This document shows positions 8,798-24,500 of a DNA stretch of 64,000 nt, piece by piece. Source of the DNA: Convolutriloba macropyga (lineage: Eukaryota). Below the pieces are notes generated by a model. It was not told the DNA's origin. It ran no database searches and was given only the letters and a program-made list of their open reading frames with translations. The DNA is taken from positions 32,240,001-32,304,000 of the forward strand of contig NC_134468.1 in NCBI RefSeq assembly GCF_964194025.1, given 5' to 3'. The translations under genes were made by a program, and so were the position numbers. Every line of letters starts with the position of its first letter. Position 1 is the first letter of the stretch.

Positions 8798-11029
8798 TTA
8801 TTTTTTGCATTGCTTCAAATAGTGTTTTTAAACTCCCCCTCCTCTTTTCTAAAATATCAGTTTATTGAAAGCTATTTTGAATCCCCGAAATTGCTCAACT
8901 TGAAGCAATTGAATCCATTCCTGTGTATCAACTGTAACTGTTGCTGATCATCTTGTTTTTGCTTCTTTTCGCCTCTTAACAGCTGAAATGTTTTGACACA
9001 TTTTTTTCACTTTACACAATATTAAAGACAGCTGATGATTTTTGAAAATTTAGTTAGAACAGTATTCCGTCTTCGAAATTGAGCCTGGTACATTGTACGG
9101 ATATGCTATATTTTCGGATAAAGACATGAATGCTATCATAGCAAAGCCCTGAGCCCTTGCAGTGATATTTTAACATAAATATCATACTCAGAATTCTCCG
9201 ATTTCAAACGAAGTAGAAATAAACGCGAAAGCGCTTGCAGCATAGAATTTTCCCTCAAGGGTTTTTCTTGGAGTTTTTCGGAAGATGAGGTTTTAAAAAA
9301 AACTAAAGGTTTTCACTAAAAATTTAGGGAAATATTCACCAAAAACATGAATTTATTGAACTTCTCATACCTTTTTGTCTCTGAGCGTTTCTTTTTTTAC
9401 AGTTGGCATAATTCAAAAAAGTTTTGGTTCAAAAAGACTGAAAAAAAGGATTTTACTCTCAGCGTAAATATCTACTTTCGCATCTTACATCATTTCCAAA
9501 AGCAGGGGAAAGTTCTGGAATTTAAATTTAAAAATTGGGAAAATTTAGGACAGTATTTCAGTATTTAAATAGAATTAAACAGAAACTGATTATGCATTGA
9601 AAGTACTTGTTTTAACATGACTCAAAAAAAGGAATTAATTTTCCTCGCAAATAATTTTTGAATGCTGTTTTTAACCGTTCTTTTAATCATCCCTTTTTCA
9701 TTCGAATTAAGGATGCGCTTATTGTTGTAAGATTATCTTTTCTAATCCATTGTTCTGTAGATGTCTATAGAATGAACAACTGAGCGTCATTTAAATTCCC
9801 AACGTTGTATTCGAGAAATTCATAGTTTCTCCGCAGAGTTTTTAATTTGCAATTTCGGTCACAGGTTTTTATTCAAAGAAACTTAGTGATCAAAAACTTT
9901 GTTTGTTTTATAATTAATTAAACGCTTTATATATTACTTTTTTATAAATGCAAAATTTCGAAAAATAGTCAAAAATTATTTTATTCTGAACCTATATTCA
10001 TTTTTGTATGTACTAAGAATAATGACTGAAGCTGGAACCTATTGGGTTAGTGCATTTACAAGTAGGTGACCTGTTTGCTCCTAGGAGACAATTTTTATGA
10101 AACAGAAAAACTTTTTAATTTTCTATAAAATTTTTTAGTCTGCTTTTGTTTTTGGACGCTATTTTGAAGTTGATCTGTGTTTAAGAATTTTTTCTCCTTG
10201 GTGGGTAACAGAGAGTTACAAATAACAGTAAATAGATGTTTTTCGAAAAAAAAAACATGAGTTTCATAGTAATGCAAATCTTCTTTATCAAATTTTCCAT
10301 GAATATCTATCTCATGCTAGATCTTAGGACCAAAGTGTCTCCCTCGTTGTAACCCGACGACCTTCTCTAATAGTGATATGAGTAACTTTTTAAAATGCGC
10401 ATTTCAGGATTTTAAATTTTCCACGTTAGATACACAAACGGCTATTATCTAGGTCATTAGAATTGGGGCGCCGTCTTTTGTACGAATATTCACCTTTTTT
10501 GAAAATTTTTTGAAGTCAAATCGGAGTGGTGATTGTGGTCATACTGAAGCAGGAAATAGAGCGAATCGCGAGTACTGTGTTTGAACACAAGTTCAATTCT
10601 CTTATTGTGGTCTTTTACCCAGTGGCAATTTGCATGATTTTCCGTTGTTTTTGAGGTTCTTATGGTTTGCGACAATTTGAGCTTGTCAATGTAGTGTTCA
10701 GGTTTAGCGATAAGACATTAAAAAGAGTACCAAATGAGGGTCGGACTCGAAAAATTTGTTAATATTTTACCAAAAGTTAATGAATACTGGCAAAATTCAA
10801 GAATTGACCATACTGTAAAAAAAACGTAGGCAAACAACCAAAAGGAAATATTGAGAAAAATAAAACCATATTTGGTGCCATTTTTTCATAAAAGTATTTT
10901 CAAGGACTAGCCTACATTTTATCTCGAAAAAGAGGAATCAAACAATTTAAAAAAAGTTTTCTATCTTTTCAGGTAGAAACAATGACATTAGTACACTATC
11001 CTTTTACATTTTTCTGCTCTACATTTTTA

Positions 11030-14000
11030 AATTTTTCTGCAAAATCGATCAAAATTTACGACGGAAAAGTGGTTAAAAACAACGGAAATCAAACTAATGT
11101 TCACAAAACTTCGAACCTCGATAACTCAGAAAGACGAAATTTAAAAAATTCTTTAATTACTTATTCTACGGTCGATGGGCTGTTTAATAGTACCACTATT
11201 AACTTTCTACATCAAATATATCGATCGGTCAAAATTCGCTGAACAAAAGAAAACGGTTGAGCATATAGTTCCTCACCCCACTTAGTGAGGTCGGAACAAT
11301 TACACACCTTAATGCCAGTTCAATTTTTTACTTTTTAGCTGGTAGAAAGATGCAATTATTGCCTTTTGCCAGTTTCATTCTAATCATGGCCCATTGCTTT
11401 CAATGTCAACCTCAATTGCAGAGCAAAACTTTTCGAACTGCAATTTTTATTAACATACGGTAGGCAGATATAAGCAACCGATTGCATTTGTTGTTAAAAA
11501 GGGAGCCAATTAGCATCAGATGAAAATGTATATGGTATTTGAAAAAAGAACGACTGATACATCTCCATAAAACAAATGGACAGGTCAATAATTAGACTAG
11601 TTAACAACTGGGTAGAAAATAAAAAAGCAAAATTTTAAATTACATTCATGTTTTTAAATAAACTATTTCAAAGCCAATAAAATAAATAGCTATCAACTGA
11701 AAATATCAAATGTGTTGTTTTATTTTTCCATAAGGCATTGAGGCCTGTCATTAACCAGAATATGTCATAAGACTACCAAAAAGTGACAAATACATCCAAA
11801 AATCAAAAATTCAGTTATTGGAGAAAATGTCGAAGCCCCTAAATCCAGTAGGTTGTCATTGGAAACATCTTATATGTCTGACAATTTTTATCTTAAAAGG
11901 CAATGGGAACCATCATAATGAGACAAAATAAAAAAGAAACCAAAATATTGGCAAATATTAATTTTTTATAGAAAACCTTAGATTTTCTGCAAAATCGATC
12001 AAAAATTACGACGTAAAAAGTGGTTAAAAACAACGGAATTCAAACTAATGTTCACAAAACTTCGAATCTCGATAACTCAGAAAGACGAAGTTCAAAAAAT
12101 TCTTTATTTACTTTTTCTACGGTCGATGGGCTGTTTAATAGTACCACTATTAACTTTCTACATCCAATATATCGATCGGTCAAAATTCGGTGAACAACAG
12201 AAAATGGTTGAGCATATAGTTCCTCACCCCACTTAGTGAGTTCGGAACAATTACACACCTTAATGCCAGTTCAATTTTTTACTTTTTAACTGTAGAAAGA
12301 TGCAATTATTGCCTTTTGCCAGTTTCATCCTAATCATGGCCCATTTCTTTCAATGTCAACCTCAATTGCAGAGCAAAACTTTTCGAAATGTAATTTTTAT
12401 TAACATACGGTAGGCAGATATAAGCAACCCATTGCATTTGTTGTTAAAAAGGGAGCCAATTAGCATCAGATGAAAATGTATATGGTATTTGAAAACAAAA
12501 GACTGATACATCTCCAGAGAACAAATGGACAGGTCAATAATGAGACTAGTTAACAACTGGGTAGAAAATAAAAAAGCAAAATTTTAAAATACGTTCATGT
12601 TTTTAAATAAACTATTTCAAAGCCAATAAAATAAATAGCTATCAACTGAAAATATCAAATGTGTTGTTTTATTTTTCCATAAGGCATTGAGGCCTGTCAT
12701 TAACCAGAATATGTCAAGACTACCAAAAAGTGACAAATACATCCAAAAATCAAAAATTCAGTTATTTGAGAAAATGTCAAGCCCCTAAATCCAGTAGGTT
12801 GTCATTGGAAACATCTTATATGTCTGACAAATTTTATCTTGAAAGGCAATGGGAACCATCATAATGAGACAAAATAAAAAAGAAACTAAAATATTGGCAA
12901 ATATTAATTTTTTATAGAAAACGTTAGATTTTCTGCAAAATCGATCAAAAATTACGACGGAAAAAGTGGTTAAAAACAACGGAATTCAAACTAATGTTCA
13001 CAAAACTTCGAACCTCGATAACTCAGAAAGACGAAGTTCAAAAAATTCTTTATTTACTTTTTCTACGGTCAATGGGCTGTTTAATAGTACCACTATTAAC
13101 TTTCTACATCCAATATATCGATCGGTCAAAATTCGCTGAACAACAGAAAACGGTTGAGCATATAGTTCCTCACCCCACTTAGTGAGGTCGGAACAATTAT
13201 ACACCTTAATGCCAGTTCAATTTTTTTACTTTTTAGCTGGTAGAAAGATGCAATTATTGCCTTTTGCCAGTTTCATTCTAATCATGGCCCATTTCTTTCA
13301 ATGTCAACCTCAATTGCAGAGCAAAACTTTTCGAAATGGAAATTTTATTAACATACGGTAGGCAGATATAAGCAACCCATTGCATTTGTTGTTAAAAAGG
13401 GAGCCAATTAGCATCAGATGAAAATGTATATGGTATTTGAAAAAAAAACGACCCATACATCTCCAGAAAACAAATGGACAGGTCAATAATGAGACTAGTT
13501 AACAACTGGGTAGAAAGTAAAAAAGCAAAATTTTAAAATACGTTCATGTTTTTAAATAAACTATTTCAAAGCCAATAAAATAAATAGCTATCAACTGAAA
13601 ATATCAAATGTGTTGTTTTATTTTTCCATAAGGCATTGAGGCCTGTCATTAACCAGAATATGTCATAAGACTACCAAAAAGTGACAAATACATCCAAAAA
13701 TCAAAAATTCAGTTATTGGAGAAAATGTCGAAGCCCCTAAATCCAGTAGGTTGTCATTGGAAACATCTTATATGTCTGACAAATTTTATCTTGAAAGACA
13801 ATGGGAACCATCATAATGAGACAAAATAAAAAAGAAACTAAAATATTGGCAAATATTAATTTTTCATAGAAAACCTTAGATTTTCTGCAAAATCGATCAA
13901 AAATTACGACGTAAAAAGTGGTTAAAAACAACGGAATTCAAACTAATGTTCACAAAACTTCGAACCTCGATAACTCAGAAAGACGAAGTTCAAAAAATTC

Positions 14001-17000
14001 TCTATTTACTTTTTCTACGGTCGATGGGCTGTTTAGTAGTACCACTATTAACTTTCTACATCCAATATATCGATCGGTCAAAATTCGGTGAACAACAGAA
14101 AATGGTTGAGCATATAGTTCCTCACCCCACTTAGTAAGTTCGGAACAATTACACACCTTAATGCCAGTTCAATTTTTTACTTTTTAGCTGTAGAAAGATG
14201 CAATTATTGCCTTTTGCCAGTTTCATTCTAATCATGGCCCATTTCTTTCAATGTCAACCTCAATTGCAGAGCAAAACTTTTCGAAATGCAATTTTTATTA
14301 ACATACGGTAGGCAGATATAAGCAACCCATTGCATTTGTTGTTAAAAAGGGAGCCAATTAGCATCAGATGAAAATGTATATGGTATTTGAAAACAAAAGA
14401 CTGATACATCTCCAGAAAACAAATGGACAGGTCAATAATGAGACTAGTTAACAACTGGGTAGAAAATAAAAAAGCAAAATTTTAAAATACGTTCATGTTT
14501 TTAAATAAACTATTTCAAAGCCAATAAAATAAATAGCTATCAACTGAAAATATCAAATGTGTTGTTTTATTTTTCCATAAGGCATTGAGGCCTGTCATTA
14601 ACCAGAATATGTCAAGACTACCAAAAAGTGACAAATACATCCAAAAATCAAAAATTCAGTAATTGGAGAAAATGTCAAGCCCCTAAATCCAGTAGGTTGT
14701 CATTGGAAACATCTTATATGTCTGACAAATTTTATCTTGAAAGGCAATGGGAACCATCATAATGAGACAAAATAAAAAAGAAACTAAAATATTGGCAAAT
14801 ATTAATTTTTTATGGAAAACGTTAGATTTTCTTCAAAATCGATCAAAAATTACGACGGAAAAAGTGGTTAAAAACAACGGAATTCAAACTAATGTTCACA
14901 AAACTTCGAACCTCGATAACTCAGAAAGACGAAGTTCAAAAAATTCTTTATTTACTTTTTCTACGGTCAATGGGCTGTTTAATAGTACCACTATTAACTT
15001 TCTACATCCAATATATCGATCGGTCAAAATTCGCTGAACAACAGAAAACGGTTGAGCATATAGTTCCTCACCCCACTTAGTGAGGTCGGAACAATTATAC
15101 ACCTTAATGCCAGTTCAATTTTTTACTTTTTAGCTGGTAGAAAGATGCAATTATTGCCTTTTGCCAGTTTCATTCTAATCATGGCCCATTTCTTTCAATG
15201 TCAACCTCAATTGCAGAGCAAAACTTTTCGAAATGGAAATTTTATTAACATACGGTAGGCAGATATAAGCAACCCATTGCATTTGTTGTTAAAAAGGGAG
15301 CCAATTAGCATCAGATGAAAATGTATATGGTATTTGAAAAAAACGACCCATACATCTCCAGAAAACAAATGGACAGGTCAATAATGAGACTAGTTAACAA
15401 CTGGGTAGAAAGTAAAAAAGCAAAATTTTAAAATACGTTCATGTTTTTAAATAAACTATTTCAAAGCCAATAAAATAAATAGCTATCAACTGAAAATATC
15501 AAATGTGTTGTTTTATTTTTCCATAAGGCATTGAGGCCTGTCATTAACCAGAATATGTCATAAGACTACCAAAAAGTGACAAATACATCCAAAAATCAAA
15601 AATTCAGTTATTGGAGAAAATGTCGAAGCCCCTAAATCCAGTAGGTTGTCATTGGAAACATCTTATATGTCTGACAAATTTTATCTTGAAAGGCAATGGG
15701 AACCATCATAATGAGACAAAATAAAAAAGAAACTAAAATATTGGCAAATATTAATTTTTTATAGAAAACCTTAGATTTTCTGCAAAATCGATCAAAAATT
15801 ACGACGGAAAAAGTGGTTAAAAACAACGGAATTCAAACTAATGTTCACGAAACTTCGAACCTCGATAACTCAGAAAGACGAAATTCAAAAAATTCTTTAA
15901 TTACTTTTTCTACGGTCGATGGGCTGTTTAACAGCACCACTATTAACTTTCTACATCAAATATATCGATCGGTCAAAATTCGCTGAACAAAAGAAAACGG
16001 TTGAGCATATAGTTCCTCACCCCACTTAGTGAGGTCGGAACAATTACACACCTTAATGCCAGTTCAATTTTTTACTTTTTAGCTGTAGAAAGATGCAATT
16101 ATTGCCTTTTGCCAGTTTCATTCTAATCATGGCCCATTTCTTTCAATGTCAGCCTCAATTGCAGACCAAAACTTCTCGAAATGTAATTTTTATTAACATA
16201 CGGTAGGCAGATATAAGCAACCCATTGCATTTGTTGTTAAAAAGGGAGACAATTAGCATCAGATGAAAATGTATATGGTATTTGAAAAAAAACGACTTAT
16301 ACATCTCCAGAAAACAAATGGACAGGTCAATAATGAGACTAGTTAACAACTGGGTAGAAAATAAAAAAGCAAAATTTTAAAATACGTTCATGTTTTTAAA
16401 TAAACTATTTCAAAGCCAATAAAATAAATAGCTATCAACTGAAAATATCAAATGTGTTGTTTTATTTTTCCATAAGGCATTGAGGCCTGTCATTAACCAG
16501 AATATGTCATAAGACTACCAAAAAGTGACAAATACATCCAAAAATCAAAAATTCAGTTATTGGAGAAAATGTCGAAGCCCCTAAATCCAGTAGGTTGTCA
16601 TTGGAAACATCTTATATGTCTGACAAATTTTATCTTGAAAGACAATGGGAACCATCATAATGAGACAAAATAAAAAAGAAACTAAAATATTGGCAAATAT
16701 TAATTTTTTATAGAAAACCTTAGATTTTCTGCCAAATCGATCAAAAATTACGACGGAAAAAGTGGTTAAAAACAACGGAATTCAAACTAATGTTCACGAA
16801 ACTTCGAACCTCGATAACTCAGAAAGACGAAATTCAAAAAATTCTTTAATTACTTTTTCTACGGTCGATGGGCTGTTTAACAGTACCACTATTAACTTTC
16901 TACATCAAATATATCGATCGGTCAAAATTCGCTGAACAAAAGAAAACGGTTGAGCATATAGTTCCTCACCCCACTTAGTGAGTTCGGAACAATTACACAC

Positions 17001-18605
17001 CCTAATGCCAGTTCAATTTTTTACTTTTTAGCTGTAGAAAGATGCAATTATTGCCTTTTGCCAGTTTCATTCTAATCATGGCCCATTTCTTCCAATGTCA
17101 ACCTCAATTGCAGAGCAAAACTTTTCGAAATGCAATTTTTATCAACATACGGTAGGCAGATATAAGCAACCCATTGCATTTGTTGTTAAAAAGGGAGACA
17201 ATTAGCATCAGATGAAAATGTATATGGTATTTGAAAAAAAAACGACTTATACATCTCCAGAAAACAAATGGACAGGTCAATAATGAGACTAGTTAACAAC
17301 TGGGTAGAAAATCAAAAAGCAAAATTTTAAAATACGTTCATGTTTTTAAATAAACTATTTCAAAGCCAATAAAATAAATAGCTATCAACTGAAAATATCA
17401 AATGTGTTGTTTTATTTTTCCATAAGGCATTGAGGCCTGTCATTAACCAGAATATGTCATAAGACTACCAAAAAGTGACAAATACATCCAAAAACCAAAA
17501 ATTCAGTTATCGGAGAAAATGTCGAAGCCCCTAAATCCAGTAGGTTGTCATTGGAAACATCTTATATGTCTGACAAATTTTATCTTGAAAGGCAATGGGA
17601 ACCATCATAATGAGACAAAATAAAAAAGAAACTAAAATATTGGCAAATATTAATTTTTTATAGAAAACCTTAGATTTTCTGCAAAATCGATCAAAAATTA
17701 CGACGGAAAAAGTGGTTAAAAACAACGGAATTCAAACTAATGTTCACGAAACTTCGAACCTCGATAACTCAGAAAGACGAAATTCAAAAAATTCTTTAAT
17801 TACTTTTTCTACGGTCGATGGGCTGTTTAACAGTACCACTATTAACTTTCTACATCAAATATATCGATCGGTCAAAATTCGTTGAACAAAAGAAAACGGT
17901 TGAGCATATAGATCCTCGCCCCACTTAGTGAGTTCGGAACAATTACACACCTTAATGCCAGTTCAATTTTTTACTTTTTAGCTGTAGAAAGATGCAGTTA
18001 TTGCCTTTTGCCAGTTTCATTCTAATTATGGCCCATTTCTTTCAATGTCAACCTCAATTGCAGAGCAAAACTTCTCGAAATGTAATTTTTATTAACATAC
18101 GGTAGGCAGATATAAGCAACCCATTGCATTTGTTAAAAAGGGAGCCAATTAGCATCAGATGAAAATGTATATGGTATTTGAAAAAAACGACTTATACATC
18201 TCCAGAAAACAAGTGGACAGGTCATTAATGAGACTAGTTAACAACTTGGTAGAAAATAAAAAAGCAAAATTTTAAAATATGTTCATGCTTTTAAATAAAC
18301 TTTTTCAAAGCCAATAAAATAAACAGCTATCAACTGAAAATATCAAATGTGTTGTTTTATTTTTCCATAAGGCATTGAGGCCTGTCATTAACCAGAATAT
18401 GTCATAAGACTACCAAAAAGTGACAAATACATCCAAAAATCAAAAATTCAGTTATTGAAGAAAATGTCGAAGCCCCTAAATCCAGTAGGTTGTCATTGGA
18501 AACATCTTATATGTCTGACAAATTTTATCTTGAAAGGCAATGGGAACCATCATAATGAGACAAAATAAAAAAGAAACTAAAATATTGGCAAATATAAATT
18601 TTAGA
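11030..18605. repeat. Tandem array (macrosatellite), 8 copies of a ~948 bp unit
   Basis: Marker ttttctgcaaaatcgatcaaaa recurs near 11033, 11984, 12930, 13881, 14828, 15777, 16726 and 17676. Copies are near-identical; the same spurious ORFs recur in the track. Confidence 0.97.
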
Positions 18606-20454
18606 AAACTCGAATCATCAGAGCCACAAAAAATGGTTTAAAACAACTGTTATGAAGACTGTTGGTTTTTGTAGAGTAAAAAAAACAAGCAACCTGTGTT
18701 TAACTCAATTCTGCTACAAATGGACAGAAATAAGAGAAATGGCAAAGTTCAAATACACTGATTTTTTTAAATCAATGTTTTCCGAAAGTCATAAAAATCA
18801 TTAATTTGCAACAGATGTAGACTAGATAAAATCAAAATTTACATCTCATGAAGCCAGTTGTAGATATCATAAGTGCGGACTAAGTCTTCAGACTACAAAA
18901 CAACAAGAAATACAGGCAGAACTCCTGTATTTTACAACCAAATTCTACAAACAATTTTAGAGTGCATTGTTGAAGCCTGTGAAACCGTAAGCTATCAGTT
19001 AAAAAGGTTAGGGGTGTTCAATTAGGTCAGATTTGAACAGCAATATGACCTGTTTTTAGAGGGACGATGTAAAATCACAAAAAACCGGACCCGAGTAAAA
19101 AAAAATTCAACAAATTTTTGGAAACCGCCGTCAGAGCCTTAAAACCATCATCTACAACAAAAAAAATAAAGGCATGAATGTTTACTGCATGAAAAAGTGG
19201 ATGTGACTTGTCATTAATGAGGCTAAACTGAAAGTTGTCAGAAATAACAAAAAGTGGCAGAGTTCAAATATTCTATCAAATTTTTGGAAAACAAATTATT
19301 TCAGGGTCATTGCGTTCGCTTGTCTCAAAAGTTTTTGTCTCCGCTGATTCCTGTCATTATCCAAGGAATGTTATACGACTACAAAAAGAACGACAAACAC
19401 AGGAAAAAATTGAATATATCTTTCAAGAAAACTGATTCGAAGCCGTTAAAAACTACCGTTTTCAGTAGCTTTCAATAAGATGCAAACAAAGTCTACTGAG
19501 AAAATGTATATGAAAATGCATATGAAGACACGAGTTGACAGAATTTTAAAAATACGTGGTAAAGTTGAAAAAGAGATTTTCTTAAAACAATTATATTCTA
19601 AGACATAAGAGCCATTAGGTATCACTGAAAGCGATAAATAGGTTCATTTATACCCGCTAGGGAAGCTAACTGCATCTTTATTGAATTCAAACTCAATTAT
19701 AAGACTGCGAAAAGTAGAAACGCTGGCAAAACACGTTCAATTCAAGTTTGCGAAATTACTTGTAGTGGAAGCCATAAATACATCGAAATTTCTGAAAAGA
19801 TAGGATATGATAATTGAGCCTCATTTTCGATTTTCGCGTAAATATAAGCTGTCATTGACTGACTTTGGGAGGGGGGATTTTTCTGGTTTGTAATAAACAT
19901 GCTAAAATAGTTTTTGAATGTAATAGCGTGCTAAAATAGTTTTTAAAAAAGACACGGCCCCAATGGAATTAATATAATTTTTCATTGTCTAGAACCACAA
20001 TGTGTCTTAAACTAGTCCTCATATTGCTGCCAGCTCAGAAACAACAAGTAATTGTTCCAAATGTAACCAAAATGGATATTTAGGCAACAAAATTTCAATA
20101 TATAGAAAGAAATGAATTGTGGCCAATTATTGTTCAAGTTTGCAAAAAGGTTGCAAAACTTTTAAAGAAAGTGGAAAGATAACTGGCCCTGTCTTGAGTT
20201 TCTTCAAAAATTTTTCAGCAGTTTTTAGGTCTCTACTTTTGGCAAATTTGAAAAAACTGGGCTAAGGAAGTTGTTTTGTGCCATTTTTATGAAAGTGCTT
20301 AATTTTGAAAAATTCTGCAAATTTTGAGATGTTTTGAAGCAAACAAGTCATCAACCTTTGTGTGTGTTTATATGTAAAGCCAACGAAACTACTGATAAAA
20401 AATATAACAATTTTTAGTAAAATTGACGAAAAATTGAGCAAAATTCCTGAAAAC

Positions 20455-20700
20455 TGAAAACGTGAAAAACAACGGATATCATTCCAATGTTCACAAAACT
20501 TTCAACCTCGATTACTGCTTTGGAAAAAAGGAAATTGATGAAATCTTTCTAATTATATATTCTACGCTGTACCAGCTTTATAATGATACCACTCACAACT
20601 CTCTGCGATGAATATACCAATCGGCCAAATTTGACGGAATAAAAAAAAACCCAGCTTAGCATATAGTTCCTCCCCCACTAAAGTTGTTCGGAACAATACC
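20455..20700 (+). repeat. Diverged dispersed copy of part of the macrosatellite unit
   Basis: aatgttcacaaaactttcaacctcgat ... taatgataccact ... gcatatagttcctcccccact..gttcggaacaat matches the array unit. Confidence 0.75.
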
Positions 20701-21562
20701 AGTTTTTTGGTTAATTTCATTGCGAGCACTTATTTTCAAACTATGTTAAGATTTCACTGTTTCCGAATAGTAGAAATAATTGATCTGTAAAATTATGATG
20801 TATCCAAAAAAATATTGTCACACTACAAATGGAAATTTTTTTGATTGGCAGCAATCTTTCTTGAAATGGTCTGTTTTTTTAGAGAAAGAAGTCTCCATAC
20901 GCCAGTTCCTAAAAACGCAATAAGTTTGAAACTTTGAGGAAGCTTTACTTTCTAAAAAGTGTTTTTGCTGATATTTTATCAAAAGATATTAATCAGGTCC
21001 TAGGGCGAAACAGATATGACCAACCTCAGTGTTCAATTCTTTTACTCTTAATCTTGAAGTTCTGTAGCCATTGCAAGACTAGTATTAGCGTGATCATGGT
21101 TCATTTTATTTTGTTTGAAAATTTGAAGCTCCCAATAGAATCTGCTTCTTGTGGCCCCGAAATTTAAGATACTGATAGCAAAACCAGTTCTTTTTCAAAT
21201 TTAAAAATGGGGTAAACAGGAGCAGGAATTGTTTACGCTTCAGAACATCTCTAATTACTCTATTAGATTTGCCGATTCTTTCTATTCAGGCTGGTTCGAA
21301 AGAATCTGGCACTTTCATAGAATTTAGTCTAGTTAGATAGATATTAATAACCTCATTTTGATCGCTTTTTCGACAAGATGAAAAGGACTGAGCTAAGTGA
21401 CATACTTGAACTTTTGTCCTTTCATCTTGATATATTTCGTTTCAGATTAGATGTTTGTATTGTGAAATGTAATTGCACTACCTCATGCTCAAAACTATAC
21501 CGTGTCGTGTGAGTTCCCATGGTAATCATATTGTGTCTGTGTATCACAAGTAGAGTTAGTTG

Positions 21563-24500
21563 ATGGTCCAACAAATGGAAGATTGTGAGCCGTGGAACGA
21601 CGTAAAGCTTCAGTACGTCAACGACGTCGATCCCTTCAATTATGTAGATTACAAGCAACCCTCGTTTTCTAGGGCGCCCAAGTATTCCCTCCTTAAGCAT
21701 TACCCGCTCTCGGCTCAAGTGCCCAATATTCACGCTTTGCTTAAACCGCCCTTTTCTTTGAACATTTCAACTTTGCAATTATCCAATAATGGCATTTATC
21801 TGGACATGGAAATGGCGATTGAGGATCAAGCGGAATTATTCGACACTTTCAGTACAACCGATGGTCACAGTGTTGTGTTGAGAACATCACTGATACACAG
21901 AGTTGAGTGCATTAAGCAGAACCTTCTAAGCTGTACAGACCGTGAGTTGAGAAGATCGTTGTACCATCTAAAACGCTTTTTCGAAGAAGACAAAGATTTG
22001 ATTCCAGAGTTTGTTCAAAATGGAGGCTTGGATTGTCTGGTGGAGCTCGGATCCGTGGACGATCAAAATCAACAGAATTATGTATTGAGAGCTATTGGGC
22101 AAATAATGTTTTTTGTTGATGGAATGGACGGGATAATCAACCACAATGAAACTGTACAGTTTCTCTACTCTTTACTGAGCTCCAAATATCGCTTTGTTTT
22201 GACTACTGTCCTTAAACTGCTTTTTGTGTTTGTCGAGTACCAGGAGTCGAACGTTCAACTTATTATACAGGCTGCCAATATCGTAGACCAAAGCAATCAC
22301 CAGGTTCCGTGGTACAACTTAATGAAGGTGCTTGAAACTCAACCACATAGTGACCCAGATATACTGCTTAACACATTCAAACTGCTCAACACAATCTTAG
22401 AAGCTGTACCAGATCAAGATACCTACTATGACATTGTGGACTCCTTGGAAGAACAAGGAATGCAGCGATTGGTTCAGAAATACCGAGGCAAACAAGGACA
22501 GTGTCGCGGACTGTTGAAAGAGCTGCGTAAATACGAAGAGATGCTACGCCATGAGGATGCTGACAACGAAGACGTATTATCACTCGATACAAAGTCGCAT
22601 TCTGATTGGTCTATTGGATCCAGGCGCAAAAGCAGGCGTCAGTCAGAGTCCGGATTTTTGAAATCTACAGCACCTTCTCATTTGGGATTGGCTCTGTCCA
22701 TTCCGGTTAGTCCAGAAAACACACTAGCTGGACATCATTCGAAACGTGAATATTCGAGTTCGGATAACATTCTATCGAATTCAAGAGGCAACACTCTAAG
22801 GAAATGGAATAAGAAAATGATTATTAATGATGACCAGTCTCCCGATGATACAATCATGGTACCAATCAACGCAGCTGGTAAAATGAAGAAAGATCAAGGA
22901 GAACTAGTTTACGCTTCTAATGGACATTCATCGCTGAATCACTATCATAATCAACATCATCACCATCACCGAGGCCCCGGAGATGTGGAGGCTCAGTTGT
23001 CCATTGATCCGAACTGTAAGGAAACATCAGAGAAACATTGTTGCCACCAGGGACGTTGTACACATGAAAGTACCGAAATATTGCAGGCTAAACTGAATCA
23101 GCTGCTCAAAGAGAAACAAGAGAAGAATGGATCAAGTTTCGATCTCTTACAAAAGACAGGGGACAAAAGCCGCGTCCTGAGAGACCGCAAACCTGTCAAT
23201 ACAGATGATATTTACATTCCGAAAGACGACTCTTCCTACGATGACTTCGGTCCCGAAGATGTGAAGCAGTTCTTAACAAGCAGGAAAAGACCTCAAACTT
23301 TAGTTAAGGAAAAAGAAACCTCAGAAACTAACAAAATTCAACAGAGTAATTCGACGTCAAAAAACGCAGATGGTCCTTCTGTTCCCAAAAGTAAAGCAAA
23401 GAACGAGCTTTTCGAAAAATATTTTGACAAGGAGAAAGATGGAGGCAAGTCCGATGGTGGTAAGAGTCCTAGAAGTCCACGTGATACACCTGGGAGTAAA
23501 ATTAGAGATCAACTGAAAGCTCGGGAGCAGGAGGAAGAATCCGAAGACAATGATTCATCTAGAACATACAACGATACTTCCAAAACTGACAACGATGCCT
23601 CGAAAACTGACAACGATACTTCTAAAACAGATAACGATACTTCTAAAACATCGGGAAAAGGGAGGAAGAGGTCAGACAGTTCTACCAAATCACGCAAAAG
23701 TTCAACATCCAAAAGTGCCAAAAGAGGCGATGAAGAAGGTGAGGAGGACGATGTGCAAGAAAAAGGAGACGGGAAAGGAGATGGTGATGGTGAAGAAAAA
23801 CCAGGAAAGGAAGGAGGGAAAACAATTGAACTTAAAAAGAGCAAAGAGAAAAAGGAAAAGAAGAAAGAAGATAAGGGCGAAGCGTCAAGCGGAGGTGATG
23901 GCGATACCGACACAGAAGCTACTCAAAAACCAGAGGCCACAGGAAAGGAAGGTGCGAAAACAGGTAAAAGGCCCATGAAGAAAGGAGCGGGAAAAAAGCG
24001 AGTGACGCACGAGTTGGAAAGCATTATTGCCATATCAAGGGCGAAGGATGGAGCCATTTCGGGTGATGATGGCCAGGAGGTCGATGCACCTGAGCTTAAT
24101 CCCACATTATCAATAAAAGGACTTGATTTCACAGACCTCACAGAAATTGATGACTCTGATGTGCTGACTGTAAACGCTGCAAGTTTTATGGGAACTTTGG
24201 CTCCTGGAACAATACCACCACCTCCACCGCCGCCACCAGGAATGAAAGGCGTTCCGCCGCCGCCTCCCCCGCCACCGCCAGGGGTACCACCACCTCCTCC
24301 TCCTCCAGGACCGCCAAATTCTCAAAGCCAAGATCCTGCTGCTAAAAAGAAGAAAACCTTAAAGCTTTATTGGAAAGAATTGAAAAGTAATAAATCTCAA
24401 GTGGAGTTATTCAAAAAACTTGGCAAAAATTCCACAATTTGGACTGACATTCCAAAAGTTGAAGTGAATCAAGACGAAATACAGACACTATTTGAGTCGA

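Noticed and set aside
10982-17725. Recurrent 62-96 aa ORFs in the array as a tandem gene family
   Set aside because: They occur on both strands, are broken in some copies, have no recognisable motifs and match a dispersed non-coding repeat.
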